DNA of 64,000 nt, from the NCBI GenBank assembly GCA_016711045.1, contig JADJTT010000014.1, positions 12,602 to 76,601 of the forward strand, given 5' to 3'. Source of the DNA: Saprospirales bacterium. GTDB lineage: Bacteria > Bacteroidota > Bacteroidia > Chitinophagales > Saprospiraceae. Shown piece after piece: positions 26,097 through 36,998 of the stretch. The notes beneath the pieces were generated by a model. That model was not told where the DNA came from, made no database searches, and saw nothing but the letters and a program-made list of their open reading frames with translations. How positions within the stretch are numbered: the first letter of the stretch is position 1; each line of letters opens with the position of its first letter. The translations under genes were made by a program, and so were the position numbers.

Positions 26097-26387
26097 ATGA
26101 AAACTACTTTCACACTCCAATTCCTGGAAGAATCGACCGAAACCATGCGCGCCATCGCTCACCCGATCCGGATCGCCATCATCGATCTGTTACACCGGAA
26201 TGGGAAAATGTCAGTGACGGAGATTTATGAAAGTCTCGATATTGAACAGGCCGTGGCTTCCCACCACCTTCGGATACTGAAGAGCCGCAACGTGGTATCC
26301 ATGCAGCGCGATCAAAAGTTTTCCCTTTACTCCCTGGCCAATCCCGGCTACTTCGATATTGTACAGATCCTGGGTAACTTAACCTGA
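26097..26387 (+). CDS. ArsR/SmtB-family transcriptional regulator
   Basis: ETMRAIAHPIRIAIIDLLHRNGKMSVTEIYESLDIEQAVASHHLRILKSRNVV is a winged HTH. Confidence 0.85.
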   Translation: MKTTFTLQFLEESTETMRAIAHPIRIAIIDLLHRNGKMSVTEIYESLDIEQAVASHHLRILKSRNVVSMQRDQKFSLYSLANPGYFDIVQILGNLT

Positions 26388-26393
26388 AAAAGC

Positions 26394-26447
26394 AGATTTA
26401 AAAAAAAAAGGCCGGCGCCAATGGCGCCGGCCTTTTTTTTTAAATCT
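26394..26447. terminator. Bidirectional terminator
   Basis: agattt A10 ggccggcgcc aat ggcgccggcc T9 aaatct. Confidence 0.8.
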
Positions 26448-26642
26448 ATTTTTTATCGCTTTGCTTGACTATTCTTCTTCATTTGCGCTTTTTCGCCACT
26501 TTAAGTTTCTCTATGATCTTTTGTGGAAAAATATTTTTCGGATAAAATACTTGGCATATCTAGATAATTACATACTTTAGTATAGGATTATGTATTAGAC
26601 GTATCAAAACAAAACGATTTTATCAACTTAAACCGCACGCTT

Positions 26643-27907
26643 ATGAGCCTCCAACAATTACGCAAAGCGATGGCCTTATGTGCCTTCTTTATGATGGGCG
26701 CATTGTTTTTACAGGGCCAAAGTGAAGAGGTGGACCATTCCTACAAGCCATTGACCCTCAAGCTCAATGACAGTGGTTCCAAGTACATTCGCTTCATCGT
26801 CTGGAATCAGGTATGGGCCCAAACCAACAACCTGTCTGTCGATGGGGCCAAGACGCAGATCACGCCCTTTATTCGTCGGTCTCGTTTTTTGGCCTACGCA
26901 CAGGTTTCGCCGCGCTTTCTGATCCTGACTCACTTCGGGTTGAACAACCTCACCCCCGGCAATTTAGACCCGCTGGGGAATGGGGGGGATGGACCGCAAC
27001 TGTTCCTGCACGATGCATGGACGGAATTTAAAGTAACGAAAGGCGATGAACTCTACATCGGCGCCGGCCTGCATTATTGGAAAGGCCTGACCCGTTTGTC
27101 GAGCGCCAGCACCCTCAATTTCATGACAATGGACCAGCCGCGTCCGTTTGCACACTGGCATTCTCTGGGTGTCACCGATCAGTTTGCCCGCCATTTGGGT
27201 ATTTATGCCAAGGGCGCGTTTGGCAAGCTGGACTATCGGCTGGCCGTCAATTCCCCGGCCCGGGCCACATTGGGCGGGGGCGTCAGCTATGGTCCGGACA
27301 AGACGCTTGCCTACACAGGTGTAAGTAATACCGACAAGAATGGCGACCCTACCGGCAACACGATTGTAGAAGGGTACGTTCGATACAACTTCATGGATAA
27401 GGAGTCGATCAAACTCCCCTACAATGTCGGTACTTACCTGGGCGACAAAAGGTCTTTGCCGTGGGCGCCGGCTTTTTTGCCCATCCAAACGGTATGTACA
27501 ATACGCTTACCGCTGAACATTCAAACGTACTGCACCTCGCTGCAGACGTCTTCCTGGATTATCCCATCGGAGGAAGTGGCAATGCCGTCAATGCCTATGT
27601 CTCCTACATAAACTTCAACTACGGCGAAAATTTTGTGAGCCGCTGGGCCGGTACCGGAAGCGTGATCTATGGACAGCTTGGGTTTTACTTGAAATCTGCC
27701 AAGCTCATGCCCTACGTGGCCTACCAAAGCGCCAGCTACGACGGGTATGCCGATCCGGTCTCCGGATTGGATGTGGGGCTGAATTATTTCATCCTGGGCC
27801 ATAACGCCAAGCTGACCTTGCAATACCACTCTCTGACCAACGATTTTCGGGATGCTGCATCAGGAGATGTGAAGCAATTGCAGATGCAAGTTCACTTTTT
27901 CCTTTGA
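26643..27907 (+). pseudogene. Putative outer-membrane porin (beta-barrel) upstream of actP, with a -1 frame break
   Basis: Signal peptide and an amphipathic beta-strand pattern. The frame is lost in the A4 run 27447-27450 (...NVGTYLGDK | KVFAVGAGFFAHPNG...). The C-terminus is ...QMQVHFFL. The family assignment is weak. Confidence 0.6.
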
Positions 27908-27947
27908 TCGGAGGCTATCCATTCTTCACTTAATAAACCAACTTTTT

Positions 27948-28211
27948 ATGGCTGATTCAGACAACAAACTGGTCAAGTACTGGAAGCGGAATCTGCTCTA
28001 CCTGGTGGTATTGCTAAGCATCTGGTTTCTGGTTTCCTACGTATTTGGGATCTTCTTAGCCGATTCGCTCAACGGCATTCGAATCGGAGGGGCAAAATTG
28101 GGCTTTTGGTTTGCCCAACAAGGCTCGATCTATTCATTCGTCATCCTGATCTTCGTCTATGTCTGGTTGATGAACCGGCTGGACAAGGAGTATGATGTCC
28201 ATGAAGATTAA
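27948..28211 (+). CDS. DUF485 (YjcH-like) two-TM protein, the usual partner of ActP
   Basis: 87 aa with two TM helices, placed immediately upstream of actP as in the yjcH-actP arrangement. Confidence 0.8.
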   Translation: MADSDNKLVKYWKRNLLYLVVLLSIWFLVSYVFGIFLADSLNGIRIGGAKLGFWFAQQGSIYSFVILIFVYVWLMNRLDKEYDVHED

Positions 28212-28239
28212 TCTCAATTCCAACTAAAAAAACAGCATT

Positions 28240-30030
28240 ATGAGTGTTCAAACCTGGACTTTTATCATAGTCGGTCTCACCTTTGCGCTCTACATTGGTA
28301 TCGCTATCTGGTCGAGAGCGTCTTCAACCAAGGAATTCTACGTCGCAGGGGGAGGGGTACACCCGATTGTCAACGGGATGGCCACCGCTGCGGACTGGAT
28401 GTCTGCTGCATCTTTTATCTCCATGGCCGGTCTGATCTCTTTTATGGGATATGACGGAGGCGTTTACCTCATGGGGTGGACCGGAGGCTATGTCTTACTA
28501 GCCCTCTTATTAGCCCCCTATTTGAGAAAATTCGGCAAATTTACCGTGCCCGACTTCATCGGCGACCGCTACTATTCCAATATAGCGCGAACGGTGGCCG
28601 TAGTCTGTGCGATCATTGTGTCCTTTACCTATGTAGCAGGTCAGATGCGCGGGGTAGGGGTGGTATTCTCCCGTTTTCTGGAGGTTCCCATCAACACCGG
28701 GGTATACTTCGGTATGGCGATCGTTTTCTTCTACGCCGTTTTGGGTGGGATGAAGGGAATCACCTACACCCAGGTAGCCCAGTATTGTGTATTGATCTTT
28801 GCCTACATGGTGCCTGCTATTTTCATTTCGTTGAGTATAACTGGTCATGCCATACCTCAATTGGGTTTTATTGGTAAGGTGACGGATGGCTCCGGCACAT
28901 TCCTGTTGGATAAGCTGGACCAGCTTAATGTGGAACTGGGCTTTGCCGAATACATGGATGGAAGCAAGAAGATGATCGATGTTTTTGCGATCACCTTTGC
29001 GTTGATGGTCGGTACGGCTGGGTTGCCGCACGTAATCGTGCGTTTCTTCACAGTGCCTCGCGTCAAGGACGCCCGCTTGTCGGCGGGTTGGGCCTTGTTG
29101 TTTATCGCGATCCTGTACACCACGGCGCCGGCTATTGCTGCGTTTGCCCGCACCAACCTGATCAATACCGTCAGCAATCGTCCGTATTCGGAGATGCCCG
29201 AATGGTTTAAGAAGTGGGAGGTAACTGCTCTGCTTGGCTGGGTGGACAAAAACAACGATGGAGTCATACAGTACTCAAAGGGCACGGCTATAGTAGGTAA
29301 GGGCCCTGTTCAGGAAAAAGAGAACGGGGTGGCCGTGCGTGGAGCAAGCGGAGAGGTAGTGGTCACCAATGCGGATCCTGCCAATCCGAACGAATTGTAC
29401 ATCGATCAGGATATTATGGTGCTTGCCAACCCGGAAATTGCGGGCTTGCCGGCATGGGTTATTGCCCTGGTCGCTGCCGGTGGTTTGGCTGCGGCTCTTT
29501 CCACTGCGGCGGGCTTATTGCTGGTCATTTCTACCTCGCTTTCCCACGACCTGATCAAGAAACAGTTTCGTCCCGATATTTCGGAGAAAGCGGAATTGTG
29601 GTGGGCCCGTGGAGGTGCAGCGATGGCTGTAATGGTCGCCGGGTACTTCGGCATCCATCCTCCGGGATTTGTGGCGGCCACGGTGGCACTGGCTTTCGGA
29701 CTTGCCGCCGCCTCGTTCTTCCCGGCTATTATTTTGGGTATATTCGACAAGCGCATGAACCGCGAAGGCGCGATATCCGGTATGGTCGTAGGTATTACCC
29801 TGATGTTGTATTACATGCTCAAATACAAGCTGAACTACTTTGGCGGGGGTACTGCGGATGACTGGTGGTTCGGTATTTCACCGGAAGGCTTCGGCTCAGT
29901 AGCTATGTTTGTCAACATGATCATCTCTCTGGTGGTTTCGCGCCTGACGGCACCCCCACCCGCAGATGTACAGGCCATTGTAGAAGATATTCGTATTCCG
30001 CGCGGAGCCGGTGAGGCGCAGGCCCACTAA
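28240..30030 (+). CDS. actP: Cation/acetate symporter ActP (SSF family)
   Basis: SSTKEFYVAGGGVHPIVNGMATAADWMSAASFISMAGL...GLPHVIVRFFTV... about 596 aa with about 13 TM helices. Confidence 0.9.
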   Translation: MSVQTWTFIIVGLTFALYIGIAIWSRASSTKEFYVAGGGVHPIVNGMATAADWMSAASFISMAGLISFMGYDGGVYLMGWTGGYVLLALLLAPYLRKFGKFTVPDFIGDRYYSNIARTVAVVCAIIVSFTYVAGQMRGVGVVFSRFLEVPINTGVYFGMAIVFFYAVLGGMKGITYTQVAQYCVLIFAYMVPAIFISLSITGHAIPQLGFIGKVTDGSGTFLLDKLDQLNVELGFAEYMDGSKKMIDVFAITFALMVGTAGLPHVIVRFFTVPRVKDARLSAGWALLFIAILYTTAPAIAAFARTNLINTVSNRPYSEMPEWFKKWEVTALLGWVDKNNDGVIQYSKGTAIVGKGPVQEKENGVAVRGASGEVVVTNADPANPNELYIDQDIMVLANPEIAGLPAWVIALVAAGGLAAALSTAAGLLLVISTSLSHDLIKKQFRPDISEKAELWWARGGAAMAVMVAGYFGIHPPGFVAATVALAFGLAAASFFPAIILGIFDKRMNREGAISGMVVGITLMLYYMLKYKLNYFGGGTADDWWFGISPEGFGSVAMFVNMIISLVVSRLTAPPPADVQAIVEDIRIPRGAGEAQAH

Positions 30031-30058
30031 CTCCGCCGTGCATGCTAACTATTGTGAA

Positions 30059-30277
30059 ATGAAACTACAACTTGGACAGAAGGCCTCCGATGTTTTTGTA
30101 GTACTCTACATTGGAGGAACCCTTTTCCTTCGATTTATGCTGGAGCCGCAATTAAGGGGGCATTTTCTGGTCTCTACGGGGGTAGGAGCCTTTGCACTTC
30201 TTTTCCTCTGGGCGCTGGCAAAAAGCCGGATCATCAACCCCACTTGGTTTGGGTTGGTGAAGAAGAAAACTTCGTAA
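30059..30277 (+). CDS. Hypothetical small (72 aa) membrane protein
   Basis: An ORF with two hydrophobic helices directly after actP. I recognise no homology. Confidence 0.35.
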   Translation: MKLQLGQKASDVFVVLYIGGTLFLRFMLEPQLRGHFLVSTGVGAFALLFLWALAKSRIINPTWFGLVKKKTS

Positions 30278-30301
30278 CCTACATGTAGTTTTTCACAATC
30301 C

Positions 30302-30342
30302 ATAAGGTGGTCTGAAAGAGATTTCAGGCCACCTTATTTTTT
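30302..30342 (+). terminator. Rho-independent terminator of the actP operon
   Basis: ataaggtggtctgaaa/tttcaggccaccttat: 16-bp stem followed by ttttt. Confidence 0.75.
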
Positions 30343-30426
30343 AACTGGGGGGGGCCTTTAAAATCTTGGATGCGTTATGCGTAACTTCTGTTAAAATGCC
30401 TATTTTAGAGCAGGAATCCCTTTTAC

Positions 30427-30675
30427 ATGAATAACCGAAGCAAACGTACCCAAAATGACCGGCAGGGAAGGCTGATCGGCTTGTTTCTGATCGGACTGTT
30501 GCTTTTTAATTTCCCCCTCCTGAGCATTTTTGGTAAGGGAGAAAAATGGGGTTCTATCCCCGGTTTGTTCATCTATATCGGCGTAGTTTGGATCGGGTTG
30601 ATCGTGGTGGTGTATTGGCTGATGCGGGATATTTCACGGGGACCGGAAAAGCCCGATAAAATCCTTCCCAAATGA
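30427..30675 (+). CDS. Small (82 aa) two-TM protein translationally coupled to the sensor kinase
   Basis: Two TM helices (RLIGLFLIGLLLFNFPLLSIF and GLFIYIGVVWIGLIVVVYWLM). Its stop overlaps the kinase start (ATGA at 30672-30675). Confidence 0.55.
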   Translation: MNNRSKRTQNDRQGRLIGLFLIGLLLFNFPLLSIFGKGEKWGSIPGLFIYIGVVWIGLIVVVYWLMRDISRGPEKPDKILPK

Positions 30676-33404
30676 GTCCGTTGCTAATCATTTTGGTATT
30701 GACGGGGTATGTCGGGCTATTGTTTCTCATCGCCTATTACGCGGATCAGCGTGCTGCCCGCGGTGCCAGCCTGGTGAAGAACCCATTGATCTATGCCTTG
30801 TCACTGGCGGTTTATTGTACGGCCTGGACCTTCTACGGCAGTGTGGGCCGCGCGGCGGAGTCCGGTATTGGCTTTTTGCCTATCTACCTCGGCCCAGTCT
30901 TGTTTGCACTACTTTGGTGGATTGTCCTTCGGAAGATCATTCTGATCAGCAAAAGCCAACGGATTACCTCTATAGTAGACTTTCTTTCCTCCCGGTATGG
31001 GAAAAGCACCTGGTTGGGCGTTTTGGGCACTATCGTGGTGGTAGTGGGCATCATTCCCTACATTTCTATTCAGTTAAAAGCCATTACCTTTAGTTTGCAA
31101 CATTTGACCCATGGGGGCAAGGTGCCGGGGCAGGTGTGGGAAAACCTTCCCGTCTATCTCGATCCGGGGTTGTTTGTGGCTGTAGCGCTCGCCCTTTTTT
31201 CCATTTTATTCGGCGCCCGCAACCTGGATCCCAACGAACGGCACGAAGGGTTGGTAGCGGCGATCGCTTTTGAATCGATCTTCAAACTGGCCGTTTTTTT
31301 GACAGTCGGACTATTTGTGACCTTCGGGCTTTATGACGGATTTGGGGACCTGTTCCGGCAAGCCTGGCAATTTGAAGACATTCACGCCCTGCTGGATTTC
31401 GAACATGCCGGGATTGACTCCATGAACTGGTTTTGGCTCATGCTGTTATCGCTGTTTGCCGTCTTGCTTTTGCCCCGGCAGTTTCACCTGGCCGTAGTCG
31501 AAAACACCTCTGTAGACCATATCGGGAGAGCGGCATGGTTGTTTCCGCTTTACCTGTTGCTCATCAATGTATTTGTGCTTCCCATTGCTTTTGCAGGCAA
31601 GATGCTCATTCCTCCCGAAATGGCAGAACCCGACCTGTTTGTGGTGGACCTTCCCCTTTTGAACGGACAGGGATTTCTGGCTTTGTTGGCGGTATTGGGC
31701 GGGTTTTCAGCAGGTACAGGCATGGTCATCGTGTCGACCATTGCATTGAGCATTATGATCAGCAACAACATGGTGGTGCCCTTACTCCTGCGCACCTCTA
31801 CCGTCCGGGAAGGGTGGGTCGACGATCTATCGAAAAGGCTGTTGGGCATACGCCGGATCAGTATTGCCATCGTGCTGCTGGTTGCCTATGCCTACTTCAA
31901 ATGGATCGGACAGCGGTACACCCTCGTATCGGTGGGGTTGATCTCCTTTGCCGCTGTGGCGCAGTTTGCCCCGGCTGTTTTCATCGGGCTTTACTGGAAG
32001 CGGGCAACCCGCATGGGTGCGATGGTAGGACTGGCCCTGGGTTTTCTGACCTGGTTTTACACCTTGCTGCTGCCTACCCTTGCCGAAGTGCATTTCATGG
32101 GGGTGCATATCGTCGAAAGCGGTCCCTGGGGTATTTCCTGGCTCCGTCCGGATGCGTTGTTCGGACTCAAAGGTATGGACAACATTACCCATGCCGCCTT
32201 TTGGAGCCTCCTGTTAAATACGGGTGGCGTGGTGCTTGTATCGCTGTATTCCAGGCAAAACACCCTGGAAATCTCACAGGCAGACCTTTTTGTAGAGATC
32301 TATAAGTATCAGACCGGCTCGATAGATTATGACGTCATGCGGCGGCAAGCCACCTTGCAGGACGTCACCTTGTTGCTCAACCGTTTCCTGGGGGAGCACC
32401 GGGCCAATACCCTGCTTGGATCCTATTCCCGCACGTTTTCCAAAGACCTGAGCAAGGAGACCATGGCGGATGCAGACCTGATCAATTACGCCGAAACGCA
32501 CCTGGCGGGAGCCATTGGAGCTGCTTCCGCCAAATTGATCATGCGAACCATCGCCAAAGAAGACCCCATCAGCCTGGAAGAAATGTTCCGCATACTCGAG
32601 CAGACGCAGGAATTCATTCGATACAGCCGGGAATTGGAACATAAATCTGCTGAATTGCAACAGACCACCCGGCAATTGCGCCAGGCGAACGAGCAACTCA
32701 AAGAACTCGACCTGCTCAAAGCCGATTTTATTACGACCGTTACCCACGAGCTTCGTACGCCCATCACCTCTATTAAAGCACTTTCAAAGATCCTTCAGGA
32801 AAATCCCGATCTCCCCACGCAGCAACGCCGCGAATTTCTCGGTATCCTGGTAAGCGAAAGTGAGCGCATCAGTCGCCTGATCAATCAGGTCCTGGACCTG
32901 GAGCGAACAAGCGTAGAAAATGCCGAATGGAAAATTGAACCGGTAGAGCTTACGCAACTAATCCGCCATTCTTCTGCCGGCTTTCGTCAACAATTGGAGG
33001 AAAAGCAAATTCAACTGCATCTTGATTTGCCGGATGAAAATGTGTGGGTTTCTGCGAGTGTAGACCCACTCACCCAGGTATTTGTCAACCTGCTCTCCAA
33101 TGCCCTGAAGTTTTGTGAAGCGGGAAAAGGCGTCATCCATATTGGACTGGACTCCGGAAAAGACCAGGTGGTGGCTTTTGTAAAAGACAATGGATTTGGC
33201 ATTGACCCGAAAGATCAGCAAACAATATTTGGTCAATTCGTTCAGGTAAGTAATAATGAGCGGGGGAAACCCACAGGTAGTGGGTTGGGCCTGTTCATCA
33301 GCAAAAGGATAGTAGAACGATACGGCGGGCGGATTTGGGTGGAAAGTGTTCCAGGGGAAGGAGCTACCTTTTTTATCTCCCTGGATGCCAGTGCGCCGGC
33401 CTGA
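30672..33404 (+). CDS. Sensor histidine kinase with an N-terminal SLC5/sodium:solute-symporter-like domain (CbrA/CrbS-like architecture)
   Basis: About 520 aa of SSF-like multi-TM region, a STAC-like linker (LINYAETHLAGAIGAASAKLIMRTIAKEDPISLEEMF), a coiled coil, HisKA (H-box FITTVTHELRTP, His codon 32745-32747), and HATPase_c (DNGFGID...GSGLGLFISKRIVERYGGRIWVES). Confidence 0.85.
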   Translation: MSPLLIILVLTGYVGLLFLIAYYADQRAARGASLVKNPLIYALSLAVYCTAWTFYGSVGRAAESGIGFLPIYLGPVLFALLWWIVLRKIILISKSQRITSIVDFLSSRYGKSTWLGVLGTIVVVVGIIPYISIQLKAITFSLQHLTHGGKVPGQVWENLPVYLDPGLFVAVALALFSILFGARNLDPNERHEGLVAAIAFESIFKLAVFLTVGLFVTFGLYDGFGDLFRQAWQFEDIHALLDFEHAGIDSMNWFWLMLLSLFAVLLLPRQFHLAVVENTSVDHIGRAAWLFPLYLLLINVFVLPIAFAGKMLIPPEMAEPDLFVVDLPLLNGQGFLALLAVLGGFSAGTGMVIVSTIALSIMISNNMVVPLLLRTSTVREGWVDDLSKRLLGIRRISIAIVLLVAYAYFKWIGQRYTLVSVGLISFAAVAQFAPAVFIGLYWKRATRMGAMVGLALGFLTWFYTLLLPTLAEVHFMGVHIVESGPWGISWLRPDALFGLKGMDNITHAAFWSLLLNTGGVVLVSLYSRQNTLEISQADLFVEIYKYQTGSIDYDVMRRQATLQDVTLLLNRFLGEHRANTLLGSYSRTFSKDLSKETMADADLINYAETHLAGAIGAASAKLIMRTIAKEDPISLEEMFRILEQTQEFIRYSRELEHKSAELQQTTRQLRQANEQLKELDLLKADFITTVTHELRTPITSIKALSKILQENPDLPTQQRREFLGILVSESERISRLINQVLDLERTSVENAEWKIEPVELTQLIRHSSAGFRQQLEEKQIQLHLDLPDENVWVSASVDPLTQVFVNLLSNALKFCEAGKGVIHIGLDSGKDQVVAFVKDNGFGIDPKDQQTIFGQFVQVSNNERGKPTGSGLGLFISKRIVERYGGRIWVESVPGEGATFFISLDASAPA

Positions 33405-33553
33405 ATTACTCCAAATCTTATTTGGAAAATGGGTGGAATTTTTTTCGCCCGTTAATTTGTAATGTGCGCTACCTTCCGTAATTTCGACGTATTAAGGTAG
33501 GAAACAAAACGAATTATTTTTGTTGCACTACTTCGCCACTTCAGCCTGAACAC

Positions 33554-33937
33554 ATGGGCCAAATAAAGTCAGCCAAAATACTTCTCGTCGATGACGAGCC
33601 CAATATCCTGGTGCCGATCGAGTTTCTTATGCAGCAACAGGGGTTTGAGGTTCGCAAAGCCTTCAGCGGCCAGGAAGCGCTCGATATCCTGCCCGGTTAC
33701 AAGCCGGACGTGGTGGTGCTCGATGTGATGATGCCGGGCATGGATGGGTTTGAAGTAGCAAAGCGAATCCGGAAACTACCCGGCTTACGCCACACCCGAA
33801 TCCTTTTCCTCACCGCGAAAGGCGCCGAAGAGGACCGGATGAAGGGCTATAGCACCGGGGGGGAAGTGTACATGACAAAACCTTTTGATAATGACGAATT
33901 GATCCAGATAGTGGCAGAAGTGCTGGAATTCGGCTAA
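33554..33937 (+). CDS. Single-domain response regulator (receiver only, CheY-like)
   Basis: KILLVDDEPNIL...DVVVLDVMMPGMDGFEV...LTAKG... 127 aa with no output domain. Confidence 0.9.
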   Translation: MGQIKSAKILLVDDEPNILVPIEFLMQQQGFEVRKAFSGQEALDILPGYKPDVVVLDVMMPGMDGFEVAKRIRKLPGLRHTRILFLTAKGAEEDRMKGYSTGGEVYMTKPFDNDELIQIVAEVLEFG

Positions 33938-34018
33938 ATGTAAATTTTTTTGCTTGAAATTATGTAGATATTTAAATATATTAATAACCTACAAGACTCA
34001 TCGACAAAATTATAAGTT

Positions 34019-35913
<1,895 letters not shown>

Positions 35914-35917
<4 letters not shown>

Positions 35918-36885
35918 AAGCCCTGGTATTAATCGCAGCGGATACGCCACCTACCATCCAGGAAATTCCGGACCCCGTTGCCCGGGATGGAGAGGTGGTG
36001 GTGGATATCGCCGCAGGAGCGCTCAACCACCGGGATGTGTGGATCATGAAAGGAAAATATCCGGGTATTCGCTATCCAGCCGTGCTGGGCTCCGACGGAG
36101 CAGGCTGGCTGGATGGCAAACCGGTATTGTTGAATCCGAGCCTGCAATGGGGCGATAACCCGGCTGCGCAGAGTAAAGATTACCATATCCTGGGATTGCC
36201 CACCCAGGGCACCTTTGCTACCCGCGTGGCTGTACCCCGCGCCAATGTGCTGGAGGCGCCTGCCCATTTGAGTATGGAACAGGCAGCCGCAATACCCTTG
36301 GCCGGCCTGACCGCCTATCGCGCCCTTTTCTCCCGGGCAGAACTCCGAGCCGGCGAACGGGTGTTGATCAGTGGAATAGGCGGGGGAGTAGCTTTATTTG
36401 CCTTTCAGTTTGCCCTTGCCGTCGGGGCTGAAGTATACGTAACCTCCGGATCAGATGAAAAGATCGGGAAGGCTATGGAAATGGGTGCAAAAGGTGGAGC
36501 TAATTACCGGAAAGAAGAATGGGTCCGGCAATTGAAAACCGAGGCCGGCGGATTTGAAGTGGTCATCGACAGCGCCGCAGGTCCCGGTTTTCCGGATCTT
36601 ATTTCCCTCCTCCAGCCGGCAGGCAGGATCGTCCTGTATGGGGGTACCCAAGGGGCGATTCCCAGCCTCAATCCCCAGCAAATATTCTGGCGCCAGATCA
36701 ATATCATGGGCTCAACTATGGGGCATGCCGATGAATTTGCCGACATGATTGCCTTTATCGACCAGCACCGGATCGTGCCGGTTGTCGATGCGGTCTTTCC
36801 GCTTTCGGAAGGACCAGCTGCCTTCGATCGCATGGCAAAAGGCTTGCAATTTGGAAAGATCGTGCTTCAAATTGACGAGTCTTAA
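35914..36885 (+). CDS. MDR-superfamily zinc-type alcohol dehydrogenase/quinone oxidoreductase-like protein
   Basis: ALNHRDVWIMKGKYPG...PAVLGSDGAG...ISGIGGGVALFAFQFA... The GTG start overlaps the acs stop (GTGA at 35914-35917) and is preceded by an aggaagga SD-like sequence. Confidence 0.8.
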
Positions 36886-36892
36886 ATTGATA

Positions 36893-36953
36893 GACAAAAA
36901 ATAGTATAAACATTCGCGACCCCGGGTCGCGAATGTTTATACTATTTTTTGTC
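36893..36953. repeat. Perfect 28-bp-arm palindrome (terminator-like) between the MDR gene and prpE
   Basis: gacaaaaaatagtataaacattcgcgac (36893-36920) is the exact reverse complement of 36926-36953, with a 5-nt loop cccgg. Confidence 0.9.
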
Positions 36954-36998
36954 CAGGTACTTAAATTGTTTATTTGTTAACCAATAGAAACCGAAATT

